NCBI RefSeq assembly: GCF_009914755.1
Contig: NC_060932.1
Source of the DNA: the human T2T-CHM13v2.0 reference genome, Homo sapiens
Length of the DNA stretch: 64,000 nt
Direction: 5' to 3' (one strand)
Shown one piece after another: positions 14,299 through 28,052 of this stretch. Within the stretch, counting starts at the first letter, position 1, and each line of letters begins with the position of its first letter. Both the position numbers and the translations under genes were made by a program. Below the pieces are notes generated by a model. That model made no database searches. It saw only the letters and a list, made by a program, of their open reading frames with translations, and had not been told where the DNA came from.

Positions 14299-17200
14299 TC
14301 ACAGATGCCTAGCACTAAGGATGGACAGACGTGCAGGACAGAAGTAGAGACCTGCTCCATCCTCAGCCACAGCCACTTGTCCTCTTCCCCACCCTGTCTT
14401 TTGTCCGAATCAGCTCAGGCAAACCAGTCTGCCTGCACTCCATCGTATTCTTACAATTTGCCAGTTGTTGCCTCAAAAGTTTGTACAACAATCTCTGGAC
14501 CAGCTGTTAGCTGTTGTCTCCCAGGGTTCTGGGATTCCTCTGGGAATAAAATGAGGCCAGGCTTTCTGGGACACCTTTCAAGTGGGGAACTCTACAGCAG
14601 ATGCACTCATGGGCGGCAGCTGGAGGAAGTCTGGCAGAGATGATGGTATACGCTGCTGAGAACAGGAATGGAGCCTAACCATGTACTTGGAAGGCTCGGA
14701 AAGAAAAGAGGATTTGGAAGGAAAGAGGAGGGAGAGTCTATATTTAAGATTAACCTTGGAGGGAAGCTCACACAGGCAGAAAACTATGGCCACCAAAATT
14801 CCAAGTTACTAAGCTTTTCAGGGGATGTCTTAGCCAACAAATTTAACCTTTGAACAATGCTCTTTAAAAGAAAACAAAAGAGGAGATGTTCACAATGTAA
14901 TAACAGAAACAATGAGATTTTTGCTTGCGTGTACTGTTCTTGAACTTGATCTCATCCCACATTATTGTTCCCACCACAGTGGGTGACTGAAAACCAAACC
15001 AGGCTGCTGCTCTCCTGGCCCCGAGGGTTCACTGGTGCTGGTGTTGCCCAACTTCTTAACCCTCCTCTGTCGAAACCCGCAGTGGCTGGTTGTCTCTTCT
15101 GTCATTTCAGAGGAGGGGGGACTTAAACCTCACGGGCATTTTCACTGAAACACAGAAAGCTCTGCTTTTCCACAGAGGCTGGGCTTTCTGAGCACATGCC
15201 CCACAGCTGTCTCAGATATCTGGAGCCTTCTCAGTTTTTCACAGAATCATCTAAGTTCCATAGCATCTGAGCAGGGTTGGGAACCAGCCTTGGAAAACCT
15301 TTACTTCTTAGGTAAATGGAAATTAGCACGACTCGATGTGAATAGTCAGGGCTGAGCTAATGCAAACTGACTGACCTTCTAGGCCAGTGTGGCTCAGTGT
15401 TTGCAGGAAAGTTCTGCCTGAAACCGTCTGATGAGGGCATATGGGAAAGGCAACACTGATTTTGCCCTCACATGGACTTGCATTAGAGAAAATAACAGTC
15501 CTGGTCTGAGAAGATAATTTTGAGGCATGAGAAAACTGAAACATTGTTTGGCAGATGTGTTTTCTGCATTTTCCTGTTCGTGTATTTTAGTTTAAGTAAA
15601 AGTTAGGGGTTAGGAATCTATCCTGTTGCCTGCGGGCTTACTTTAATCAAGCGAACACACACTGTCTCTGTCTTGATGGAGCCTGTGTTACATGTAATTG
15701 AGGGGTAACCAACATAAAGAACTCTCGGGTTGAAGAATGAGGACTTTGAGCTTAGGACCACTGCAGTGTTGTAAACTATAATCCTTATTTCTGTGCAAAA
15801 AATCACTCAGAAACTCTATAGAGAAGGTTGATGTTGTAATAACTATTGGTGATAGGCATTCATTCACCAGTAGATCACAGCCAGCATAGCTAACAGGACC
15901 CAGGTTTGCCATTTGAGAAGTGTTTGCTGGGAGGGGTTCCCCCAGGCAAGTGCTTGGTTCTGGAGTTGTCAGGCTCCATTTGCTGAGGGTCCATCGCTGT
16001 TGTGATCCATATGCTTAGTGTCTTCCTGAGAATCTGCACAGCCCAGAGTTTTTGAAGATTAACAAATGGATTTGATTTCCACTTTGCAAAAACATTCCCT
16101 CAGTTGAAAATCGTTTTTGCTTCCCCATTAAGTGCTATGTGGGAGAGATCATCAAGTCTCCTTCTGGGAGTTTGCAAAGGAGAATTGTTAACAGTTCAGC
16201 CAGAACAGAGTCAAGACCTGCATCCCTGAGGGTGGGCTGAATTTTCCTCTGTGAGGTGGCAGGTTTTGAATAATTCTAAATGCAGGTGGCGTCATTTTCA
16301 CTGGGTGTTATGTCTGATGGTCATAAAGGATTCAAGGACAACAACTTCAAATAGGGAATCAATGCCGTAAGTACCAGCCCGTCCTTCCCACAGGCATGCT
16401 AACAGGCAAGATGGCTGGCAATTGTGGAAAACAGTCTCAAATGGCAAAAATGCAGTTTTGAGGCTGTTCCAGATAATTGCTGCTGGAGAGTTTAAGCTTT
16501 TGGTAGAAACTGATTTCATGGGCAGATGCTACTGTGGAGCCAGAGGTAATTTAGGTCTGAAAATTGGCCCCATTCTGAAAGTGGTTGTTGTGGATGATTT
16601 CAGATAAAGAATCCACTCTGCCAGATTGGACAAAGCCTATTGGAGTATCAGATCTGTTGCAGTCTCTCTTTACTATTGCTGAAGGAATGATTTAGCTAAT
16701 TAGAACTATGCTTACATGAGATCAGTGTATCGAATCACACTTTGTCTTTTGCCCCAAGATGTCTTTTTTTCCCACTCTGTTTGGTGGGCTTCTGGGACTG
16801 CAGAGCAAACCAGTGAGAACAAATGTTGTTTCTGTGTGCACAACTGTCCAGGCATCCCCTCCCGTGTGGAGGACCCGTGGTGGAGGGTGTCAGACGAAGT
16901 TTCTGGGATGATGCGCCAGAAGGGCCTCTTACCATGTTGACTCCTTCTTTGAGTCCAATATTTTTGACTTAAGCATTAACGTTTATCTTAACAGTATTCT
17001 GATTCACAGTGGAGATTCTGAGGAATAGTCTAGCCTTGATAAGTCACTGAAAGATGAGACTCCGGGCTCTCTGATGGATGAAGGAGCAATGATAATGTTA
17101 AGCTGAGAGGCAGGAAGAAACCAGGGTTTGGGAACCTGCTTTGATAGGAAGAATTACATATGTGGAGAACGCCAAGTTGCCAGGCCTTGTTAGTCATACC

Positions 17201-17479
17201 TAGGTCTCTTTTCACTCTAGCCCTTTGCAGGCTTGGGAAACACAGCCTCTCCTCCTGTGCTCTCACACGGGAGCCCCCAGCCCATCCCACCTGCACATCA
17301 TGACCAGCTCCAGGGTCAAGCCTCTCCCCTACAGCCACTGCTCCTGTTGGAGTTCAACCTGCATGGCCTCTGGCTTCTCTGCGTCGTGGCCTTTTACCTG
17401 TTCTCACCCCCTCTACTACCAGTCACTTTCAGCTACCCCAGCTCAGCAACTAGTTGCACTCATCGAGGACAGCAGAAAT

Positions 17480-17680
17480 GATAGCGATAGCTAGTGCCCA
17501 GTGCTTGCTTCCTGCATGGCAGGCACCTTCTAAGCACTTTACACATGTTGATCGATTTATTTATCCTCCAGTGCTAGTATTATCCCCATTTCATAGATGA
17601 ATACACTGAGGGGTGAAGTCACGTAGATAGCACTTGGTAAGTTGGATCTCAGGTCCCGATGTCACACACTCTAGTGAACC
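17480..17680 (-). mobile_element. MIR SINE
   Basis: 'tattatccccatttcatagatgaatacactgagg' MIR core. Confidence 0.7.
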
Positions 17681-18149
17681 AAGTTAGTTTTCTGCCATGG
17701 GTGGCCATCCCACATCCTCTAGGAACACCCGAGACAAGCCTACGTGTTTCTCTTTTCTCCCCAAATAGGCAGCACATCGGCCACAGGCAGCCTTGGACAA
17801 GAAACTGGAGTGTTGATCATCACATTCCTCCCTCCCACCATCACCCAGGCCAGGAGCCGTGGCCGAGAAAGCCCTGGCCCGGATGCTAGACCTCAGCTTC
17901 GTATCCTCCCCCACTCCCAAGAGAACAGAGATGGTGAATAGATTTATCTTGAGTTCCGCCCTGGAGGACTGGCTGGGCTGTGGAATGTGTGTGGAGGAAG
18001 ACCTTGAGGTGAAGTCTGCCCTGCGCCCAGTAGGGGAGATATTTGCCAGCCCCGCCTAAGGGCAGTTTCTCTGATGTTTCATTTTCTGTGCTCTGTGAGA
18101 ATCACTGAACACACGGCCAGCAGTCTTCAGGGCATTTCTTTTCCCTGTT

Positions 18150-18260
18150 GGAGAGACGCTGTTATTACGCTATTATTGGTCCACAATGTGCTGACTCAGT
18201 GGTTACGGCGTAACCCTCCCCTCCACGCTGACTAGAGCATTGGCCTGGCGTAGGCAAATG
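18150..18260. promoter_or_regulatory. Candidate bZIP enhancer (MARE/ARE-AP-1 site plus palindrome)
   Basis: TGCTGACTCA at 18189-18198, followed by the palindrome ggttacg-g-cgtaacc at 18201-18215. CpGs are locally retained. Motif evidence only. Confidence 0.35.
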
Positions 18261-18609
18261 GCTGAGCTCTTCTGGATGAACTCAGGGCATCTCTGAGGAC
18301 TGTGGACCTGGCCCAGCCCTCCGCAGGGTGTAACCCTGCTCTGGGGTGAACTTTCATTCACTGTGGAGCAGGTAAAGGGCCCATGGTCACGGGCACCATC
18401 TAGTTATCTAACGCTGTAGTTCAGTGTTCTAGAGAAGGGGAAATGGGCCAAGTTGATCGGTTCTTACACGGCAGAAGGAGTCACTGCTTGTACTGAGGTT
18501 TCAAAACTGTTACTGCCTCATTGATTCTGCAGTTTAATGTCTACCTTCTCAGTTGGAAAATAATGGATTTTCATAACTCATAAATGGCTTTATGAAAACC
18601 ATTTCTTAC

Positions 18610-18756
18610 CGTGGTAGCAGATGAGATGAACAGCTGACCGAGAAGGCATGACTGGGCAGGTCCAGGGTCAGCACTCCGGCCTCACATACTGCAGACGGGG
18701 TTACGCAGCCGTGGTCTCTTGACCACGCTGCTCTTCCATAAAGACTCCACAAACGA
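18610..18756 (-). other. Candidate 147-nt spliced exon (probably non-coding)
   Basis: Minus-strand acceptor ccttcggcttttgcag| and donor ACG|gtaaga. Unique, CpG-retaining sequence. Only one open frame, with no recognisable homology. Confidence 0.3.
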
Positions 18757-19714
18757 CTGCAAAAGCCGAAGGCTGGCCACCTTCTATGCCGATGTTGTGA
18801 CTCCAGAATGCTTGCAAAGGGGAATCCAGGCACAATCTTCAGCTGTTGTGCATCCAAAAACGATTATGGAAATGATGCTGGTAAATCTCAATGACTTCCA
18901 CATTGCCTGGCGCAGTTCCAGGACTGCACGGCTCCCCTCCCTCGCCTGTCAGACTGTTCCTTTCGTATCCCGTCTCCGTGGGGCTCTGACAGTACTAAAG
19001 TGCAGAGATATGAAATGTGGAATTGGCATTTCCCCCATAATTATCTCTCAGTCAGACAGTATTTGAACAAGACTCCTCGGCCTCAGAGAGGGGGCTGCTG
19101 GAAGTCTCCGTGTAGACCAATCTTTTTGATTTTTTTTTTTGCCCATTGTTCTGCTGAACCTGTGCAATACCATGGCTTATATGTGCCCATTGTCCTTCCA
19201 GTTCTTTTCTTCCCTAAAACATGTTTCCAGGTTTCTCATCCTTTAAAGTAATTAGCATTTTAAATGTTTCTCACAGTTGGCAAATCTTAGTTTATATTCA
19301 AGGTGTGGAGGTTCTCATTCCAAACCATTTAATCTGGAAACAATTCTTCACATCTTCTAGGTAAACATATGCTAGCCTTTTGTTAACTGTTTACTTCACC
19401 ACACTGTTTATTTTTCTTCAATTGCTCCACAAACATTAGGTTTTATACAGCGTTCAAATTCTGTGATTTCTTTGATTTCTCCTTTCTTTCTTAGAAAACA
19501 ATCATGGGTGGATAGGTAGAAAGAAACTACCCTTGGCTCCCGTGAGTGGCTTTCTCCTCTGGCACCAGGTTCTAGCTAACCATAAAGTTCCTGGCAATGA
19601 CCAGGTTCAGCCAGCACACCACAGAACACACGGCGTGCCAAGGGCCTTCCCTGGCTGCAGTGCCTTCCTTGCTCCATACCTCCTTTTCCTTTTCCTTCAC
19701 CCTGGGCCACCACT

Positions 19715-19830
19715 TGGGGCTGTGTGACCTTGGGCAAGGTATTCCCCTTACCGTATTTAAATGGGAATCATAGCAATACCAGCCTCAGACAGTTGTCCTG
19801 AGGGTTTTAATGAGTAAATGCACACAGAAC
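19715..19830 (+). mobile_element. MIR fragment
   Basis: 'gctgtgtgaccttgggcaag...aaatggga...gttgtcctgagg...aatgag'. Confidence 0.75.
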
Positions 19831-19831
19831 A

Positions 19832-20432
<601 letters not shown>

Positions 20433-20499
20433 ACAGAGAATATTGAGACTAGTCTGGTGTGTGGCATGTGCTGTTCAAGTGTTTGTGATGATGCTCTTT

Positions 20500-21020
20500 A
20501 TTACTATGGTCATTCTCTATTTCAATTTCTCCTTGGCACTTATCACCAGCTAACATACTATAGATACTTCCTTACTTAATTGTGTTTATCGCCTGCTCCA
20601 TTAGAAGGTAAATTCCGGGCAGGGCCCGGTGGCTCACGCCTGTAATCCCAGCACTTTGGGAGGCCAAGTTGGGCGGATCACAAGGTCAGGAGATCGAGAC
20701 CATCCTGGCTAACACAGTGAAACCCTGTCTCTACTAAAAATACAAAATATTAGCTGGGCATGGTGGCGGGTGCCAGTAGTCCCAGCTACTTGGGAGGCTG
20801 AGGCAGGAGAATGGCCTGAACCCGGGAGGCGGAGCTTGCTGTGAGTGAAGATCACTCTAATGCACTCCAGCCTGGGCGACGAGACTCCATCTCAAAAAAA
20901 AAAAAAAAAAAAAAAGGCAAATTCCATTAGGGTGGAGATGTTTGTCTGTTTTGTTCACAACAGCATGTGGAGCCTAGAGCAGGCATCTGGCAGGTGTGCT
21001 CCACAAATGTTTGTGGATGC
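20500..21020 (+). mobile_element. L2 3' fragment split by Alu
   Basis: 'gcacttatcacc...ccattagaaggtaaattcc [Alu] ...tttgtctgttttgttcac...aaatgtttgtggatg'. Confidence 0.7.
20618..20914 (+). mobile_element. AluY/Sc8-like
   Basis: Full Alu with poly(A). TSD aagg(t/c)aaattcc. Confidence 0.96.
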
Positions 21021-22379
21021 AACTGGTACCACCAGGCTGTATAAAAAACAGTTTAAAAGGCCCAGCAATTTTAAATAGGGTTGTGTTAGGGATGCCATTT
21101 TGGGGGCCTCCTGTTTTTGTAGACCCACCTTGGTACCTAGGATGCAGACTTATTGGGCTCCAAACCTCCAGGACAGGGCAAGGCTTGAGGTGGCTATTTG
21201 GAGCTAGTTCCCAGTGAAGTGTTTGCATCACTTGGAGTGTGGGCTGGAGGAATAGGGACACAGGGACCCCAGACCAAAGCCATGCAGGAATCCAGAACTC
21301 AGCACTAGGAAGAAGGACTTGGGGGAGCCAGATTTTAGGAGAAATGTGCCATGTGTCTATCCAAATCAGCTACAGGAGGTGAAGGCAACAGCCCTTTCCC
21401 TGGAGTTGTTCAAACTTGAATAAGATTAGAATCCAATAGCTACAATGCAACAGAAGAAAAAAAAAGCTCATCTATCACTGATAATTCCAATAAAACTCTG
21501 CACTCTCTTTGCAGAAAATGCATCTATGAGCATCAATTTACTGTGTCCTGCCTGGCTTCAGGGCCTCAGATGCATCCTGAAGAGCATCCAGGGAAGTCTT
21601 AGAGCCATGGGCTTCTCTGCTAAGAACTGGTGATGTCACGCAGGCTGGAAGCTGACAATTTAAGTCAATTCACTCTCCAAAATGTTGCACCCCTGCTGCG
21701 TGTTAAGCTCATTAAAGTTGGAGAGTTGAATGAGCTAATGTTCATGACTCGCTGTGATGCAAATGTGCCTTCAGAAGGGGAGAGGGTCCTTCCCTGGGGG
21801 CTTCCACAGACTTCATAGAAGGCAATGCTGTAAGGTGATGATCCACCGGAGGGGATAGAGGGTGGGGACAGGGAGATGGAGGCTTTCTCAGAATCCATGG
21901 CACACCTCCTGGGCAATTGGAGCTCAAGCTTGTATTTTGGCGAGAAAGTCAAGCAGAGCTGTAGCCCGGTGAGATGCATTAGTCAGTGCAACAGTAGGGA
22001 AGACGTTTCCAAAGAGGGTCGCCTTGCATGTGGAGAGATTTCTTGGTTTGATGAAAAAACCTGGGGAGGGAATAGTGTGACTGGAGGGACTTGGATCAGG
22101 GTCCTCTGGCGCAGGTGGCCTGGGCCGTGGGAAGCCCTGGGTGCACCCTGCTCTATGCTGAGCTGGGCTCTGGAAAGCCTCTGTGCTTGCGTCTCACCTC
22201 ATCGCCCTCAGAGCGTTGCCCCCGTCTTGCCACTCTCTCTCTCAGCCTCATTTTGTCCCCTCTCCCTGCACACCAAGCTCTGCCTGGGCCCCTGTACCCT
22301 CCACATGGAGCTTGCACCCAGGAGATCTCATCCAGGGCCTGGTTTGAAATTCCATTTGTATACCAAGAACTTTTCAGTC

Positions 22380-23060
22380 CTTTTGTCCATCCTTGGCGGG
22401 CCTCAGAGCCCACTCCCTCCAACCTCACAACAATTCCACCTGTCTTCTTGCCATGCCCACTGGGGTATCCAATGGGAATTTCAAAGTTAACAGGGATACA
22501 TGTTAGGTTTTTATCACCACCCCCTCTCCTTCCCCCACCCCCAGAATTTTCATTTCAGGAAATGAGACCACCACCCACTCAGTTCACTTGAGTGAAAACA
22601 ATGGGGCTTCCGCGATTCCTTCCGTCCCCACTCCCACACACCCAGCCTGCTGACGAGCACCGCTTCCTCTCCCTCCAAGTGCACCCGGGCATCCTCCCCT
22701 CAGCCCTGCTGCCCTCAGCCCCCTCATCCTGTCTGGCCCAGGCCGGCAACAGGCCCCCATGTGGCTTCCCTGTGCCCCTGGCCTTCCACTACGGAGTCCC
22801 CACGCAGCTGCCCGGAGGATCTTTTGAAACTGTCATCAGATGACTGCCCTGCCGCACAGGAACCCCCAGTGTCCTGATAACATCAGCGTGGTCCTTCTGC
22901 CCTGTCCTGGCTTACTAAGCTCTGATCTGCCCGCCTGACCATAGCTAGTCTTCCTCTTCCTGGAGCACTAGCTGGTCCCTCCGCTGGCCTGGCCGTTTCC
23001 CAGCCCAGGACGCCCCTGCCCTTGCTCCCCATGCCTGGGTCCTTCAGCACCCTGAAGCCA
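22380..23060 (+). mobile_element. Degenerate L2 internal fragment (GC-enriched)
   Basis: L2-like motifs 'ccaccactcagttcacttgagtgaaaac', 'ggatcttttgaaactgtcatcagatga', 'ctcttcctggagcac'. Confidence 0.5.
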
Positions 23061-23785
23061 GCCCCTGCAGAGGGCTCTCTGAGCTGTTAACCTGACGCAG
23101 AACCTGCTGTGGCCTCTGGGCTTTCCAGCCCTGCTCTGTGGCTGTTAGTGTCAGGCGCGGCTCTGGGCGGTCTTTGATGCCTTCCTGTCCTTTTCCCCAA
23201 ATCGCATCTGTGCGTATGAGCAGAGGGGAGTTAGTGCACACCCAGGCCCTGAGGTGGCACCTGGTTTGCAGCAAGTGCTCACTGCATCTTTGTGGAGAGC
23301 TTAGCTTTGGTGAACGCCCCCTGAGGCCCATGCCCCCGCGGACTCTCTGCAGGCTGGGTGGGGCACAGCCATAGCAGGTGTCTCCTGGGGGGCCGGCACA
23401 GCTCGGAGCCCCAAGGCCGCCAAAGAGCTAACTAGCTCAGGGGATCCCATTTCCCTTGGCTGAGGGACCCACAGCCCGCGCATCCCAGGACCAGCTCCCT
23501 GGACGGGTCTGTGCGCCTCTCCAAAGGCGCTTCCGTGGAGTGCTGGCAGGGTTCTGGGAAGGGCGGGAGACTGGGCAATGCTGGCCTCCCCACTCCAGCC
23601 AGACCTTCTCCCTCCCTCCCCTCGGAGCAGGGAGGACCTGATTCAAACAGCCCAGGAAACCTCTGGTGTCCCCAGCAGCCTTTCGGGGCCAGGGATTTTA
23701 TTTTAGAGCTTTGTCAGCAGTGGACCGCAGGGACTCCCAGTGCTGGTCCCCAGTCGTACAACCTGAGTTAGGAGCTGGGCGCCAA

Positions 23786-24360
23786 CTGTGTGTGTGAGAG
23801 TTGTGAGTGTGGGTATTCATGTATGTGGATGTAAGTGTGTGAGTGTGTGTATTCATGTGTGAGTGTGTGAACATGTACGTGTGTGAGCATTGTGCATGTG
23901 AATATCTGTATGAGTGTAAGGGTGTGAGCATGTGTGTGTGGACATGCATGTGTCTGTGTGTATAAGGATGTGTTTATGAGTATGTGTGTGGTGTATTTTT
24001 ATGTATGTGAGAGTGAATGTGTGAGTGTGATGTGTGTAAATTGGCTGCGTGAGTGTATGAGAATGTGTGTAGTGTGTGCAAGTGTGTGAGCATGTGAGTG
24101 CGAGATGTGTGTAAGTGTGCAAGTAAGCGTGTTAGTATGTGTGATGTGTAAATGTGTATGTGTGTGAGTGTATCTGTGTGTGATAGGTTGTACAAATGAG
24201 GGTGTGCGCATGAGAGGTGCGTCTGCAAGTGACAAAGTGTGGTGTGTATGTAGTGCATGTTTGTGTGTGAGCATGTGTGTGAGGTGTGTGCAAGTGTTTG
24301 TGTGTGTATGCTCTTGTGCAAGTCAGTGTGTGAGCATGTGTGGGAGGTGTGTAAGTGCGA

Positions 24361-24392
<32 letters not shown>
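23786..24392. repeat. ~600-bp degenerate (TG)n low-complexity tract ending in (GA)n
   Basis: Alternating TG/TA runs with a recurring 'gtgtgagcatgtg' motif. Gives rise to the His/Thr-rich spurious ORFs. Confidence 0.95.
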
Positions 24393-24755
24393 TGGATGAG
24401 GAGGAGAGCCAGTGGATACAAGAAGCCGGGCTGTGGGGTATCTGAGGAAGAAGGGGCCTTGCTGAGGGGTCACGGGGGCTTTGGAATTGCAGGTGATGTC
24501 CAGAGGGCATCGGCGTCTGTGTGTGAGGACCTGGGACACCATAAGGGGCACAGGAAAGACAAAGAGGGCGGCACAGACCCAGGCTCAGGGCAGCTGCCCG
24601 GTTTGCCTCGTGCACACTGATCGGCTGGGGTTCTCGTCCTCCTCATTCCCAGCTTCTGGATCCCACAGCAGGCACTGCTGATTCTCTTCTCCGGTCCCGG
24701 AGAGTCACTAGGATGTGTGTGTTACCCCTCCCCCTTCCCACAGACTTTAGTCTAC

Positions 24756-25102
<347 letters not shown>

Positions 25103-25872
25103 AGACTTTAGTCAGCTTTATTAATCATCTTTCTGGAATGTAATTTATAGCAATACCATTGACTCTAAGATGTTATCCGGTATGACACATTCCAACTTCT
25201 GAGGAGTGAAGAGGTGAAATTATAAGAGATGGTGGCCTGTTTGTCCTCTCCTGCCTTGGGAAGCCCAGGGGTTCCCAGGGGCCTGGCCACTGCCTGGGCT
25301 GCCAAGCTCAGGAGCCCAGCCCAGCTTCCAGGGCCTGGGGTGCACAGGCAGGTTTGGGGTGGAGAGGCCCAGGGTCATCCTGGTATCCTGCTTCCTGCCC
25401 CACACCTCAGCTGCTCTCTAGGGTCTGCTATGTTGGAGAAGGCTCCAGGAGCCCCTGGATCATTCTGAGCTAGGTCCAGTGTACTATTTTTCTGGGATCT
25501 TTGGGAAGCAACTTCTATTCCACAAGGATCTCCCAGTTCAGCTGCCCCCAAACCAACGCCCCCAGAGCATTTTTCTGTTCATTTGGTGAGTACCTGCGCA
25601 CAGACCTGAGCCTCACTGCGGGCCAAGGATGACTCCAGGCTTGAGGGCCACTGTGCCTCCAAGCACTTCCTGACGGACACACGCGTCCTGTCAGATATGA
25701 TAGATACTTAGGATACATATCGCAATTATTAACAGTATATTTTTATATCTTACAAAAATAAGATCACGTTGCGGCTTCACAGTCTTGACAAATTACACTG
25801 TAACCCTGTAAAAGAAGAGAGTAAAATAATGTTTGGTTTTTATTTTTAATGAAGTTTTTATTTTGGATTAAC

Positions 25873-26160
25873 TTTGTTTTTTTGTTTGTTTTTGAGATGG
25901 AGTCTCGCTCTGTCACCCAGGATGTAGTGCAATGGTGTGATATTGGCTCACTGCAATCTCCGCCTTCTGGGTTCAAGCGATCCTCTTGCCTCAGCCTCCC
26001 GCGTAGCTGGGATTACAGGTGCCCACCACCATGAGTGGATAATTTTTGTATTTTTAGTAGAGGTGGGGTTTCACCATGTTGGCCAGGCTGGTCTCAAACT
26101 CCTGACCACAGGTGATCCTCCCACTTTGGCCTCCCAAAGTGCTGGGATTACAGGCATGAC
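25873..26160 (-). mobile_element. AluS (slightly 5'-truncated)
   Basis: Antisense Alu ending at 'attacaggcatgac'. Confidence 0.95.
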
Positions 26161-26164
26161 CTAA

Positions 26165-27557
26165 CTTGGGTTTTATAGATAAGCTACAAGTACAAGAAGT
26201 TCCTGTCTACCCTTCACCCCATTGTCTCATGTATTAATATCTTACATAATTGTGCTATATTTGTCAAAATTAAGAGATTAACATTGGTAAATTACTGTTA
26301 ACCAAGCTCCAGACTTTATTCAAATTTCTCAGGCTTTTCCACGGATGCCTTCTTCTGTCCCAGGATCCCACTGAAGATGCCACGTGACAGTTAGTTGTGT
26401 CTCTGGAGTCCCCTCTGAGACAGTCACTCAGGCTGTCTTTGTTTTTCATGGCTGTGGCAGTTTTGAAGAGTAGTGGTCAGACAAACCTGTAGAATGTTCC
26501 TCAGCTTGGGTTTATCTGATGTTTCCTCATGATTAGACTGAGGTTACAGGTTTGTGGAAAGAATACCACAGAGGGAATGTGACCTGCTCCTATCAGGGGT
26601 ACATGGTGTGAATATGACATCACTGATGTTAACCCTGATCACTTGGCTAAGGTGCTGGCTGCCAGGAATCCTCACCGCAAAGTCACCACCTTTCCCTTCC
26701 CACACCCTGTTCTTTGGAAGTGAGTCACCTGGTCCCACTCACACTGAGGGAGGGGAACTGAGCCCCGCTTCTGGGTGGGAATCTGCACAGATTATTTGGA
26801 ATGCTTCTTGAAGGACAATTCGTTTCTTCTTCCCCATTTATTTATTTACTCAATGATTTATTTCAATCAGTATGGACTCATGTATATGTATTTTATACCT
26901 TAAGCTATAATCCAATGCTATATTTTGTGTTTTGATGTTCAGATTCTTCCAGCTTTGTCCACGGGCAGCACTCTCAGGATGGTTCCTGGTCCCTTTGGCA
27001 TGCCTTCATTTGTTTGCTTTGTGAGCACTTCCTTGATTTCTGGCATTATAAGATGCTGTAGGTCATCTTGTGTATCCCCTGCCCTAGGCCTAGGATCAGC
27101 CATTTCTCCAAGGAGCCCTTGTTTCTTTTATTGGAGGATATTATGTAGAAACCAAGATCTGGCCATAGTTGTACTCATTGCTGCTAGGGTGTCATTCTGT
27201 CTGGGCCTTCCCCAACAGACAGAGCTAGGAAATACATGAGTGGCTATTAACCCAGGTGTACACATGTATTTATAATTGCTTCTGTATTCATGTATATCTC
27301 TCTATATATAATGATAAACTAAGTGTTAAGTTTATACTGATATCTCTGACTCTAATCCAGTAGTCCAGGGTTAATTCTAGACTTCCTCTCTTGCTTTTTT
27401 TTTTAAAAATAACTTGTGTTGTGACAATGAGAAACCAGACCCCTATTGTCATTTATTCATTTATTTGTTCAATCCTAGTATAGACATAAAGAACTTTCTG
27501 AATTGTTAAAACAGTTTTACCAACTACAGTATAGTGTATATACAGTTTCATTTTAAC
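26165..27557 (-). mobile_element. L1MC/L1MD-type 3'UTR fragment
   Basis: 'tgtttcctcatgattagactgaggtta', 'gatgttaaccctgatcacttggctaaggtg', 'cagccatttctccaaggagccct'. Confidence 0.85.
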
Positions 27558-27706
27558 TTTTAAATAAACAATTTTTATAAGAGCTTTATATGTACAGAAA
27601 AACTGGAAATTGTACAGAGTTATCATATAGTCCATATGCAGTTTTCCCTGTTATTAACATCTTATATTAGTATGGTGCATTTGTGATTAATTAATATGAC
27701 AATTAG

Positions 27707-28052
27707 TGATCTTAGTACATTTGGGCAGCTATAACAAAACACCATAGACTAGGTAAGGGAAAAACAGCAGGCATTTATTTCTCACAGTTCCGGAGGCTGG
27801 AAAATCCAAGATCAAGCTGCCAGCATAATCAGTGTCTGGTGAGGGCTTGTTTTCTGGCTCGTAGGTGGCATCTTCTCTGTGTGTCCTTACATGGTGAAAG
27901 GGGTGAGGCAGCTCTCTGGGGCCTCATCCCATTCATAAGGGATGTACCTTCATGAGCTGGTCACCTCCCAAAGGCTTTATGTCTTAATATCATCACATCA
28001 GGAATTAGCTTTCAGCATATGAATCTCTGGGGCATACAAACATTCACAAAGC
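27707..28052 (-). mobile_element. MLT1A/MLT1A0 MaLR solo LTR
   Basis: 'gctataacaaaacaccatagact...ttctcacagttccggaggctgg...tccaagatcaag...cacctcccaaaggc'. Confidence 0.88.

Noticed and set aside
21876-22591. 204-aa and 166-aa overlapping ORFs
   Set aside because: GC-rich and partly L2-derived, with no recognisable homology or exon structure.
23698-24620. His/Thr-rich and Cys/Val-rich ORFs up to 213 aa
   Set aside because: Translation artefacts of the (TG/CA)n tract.
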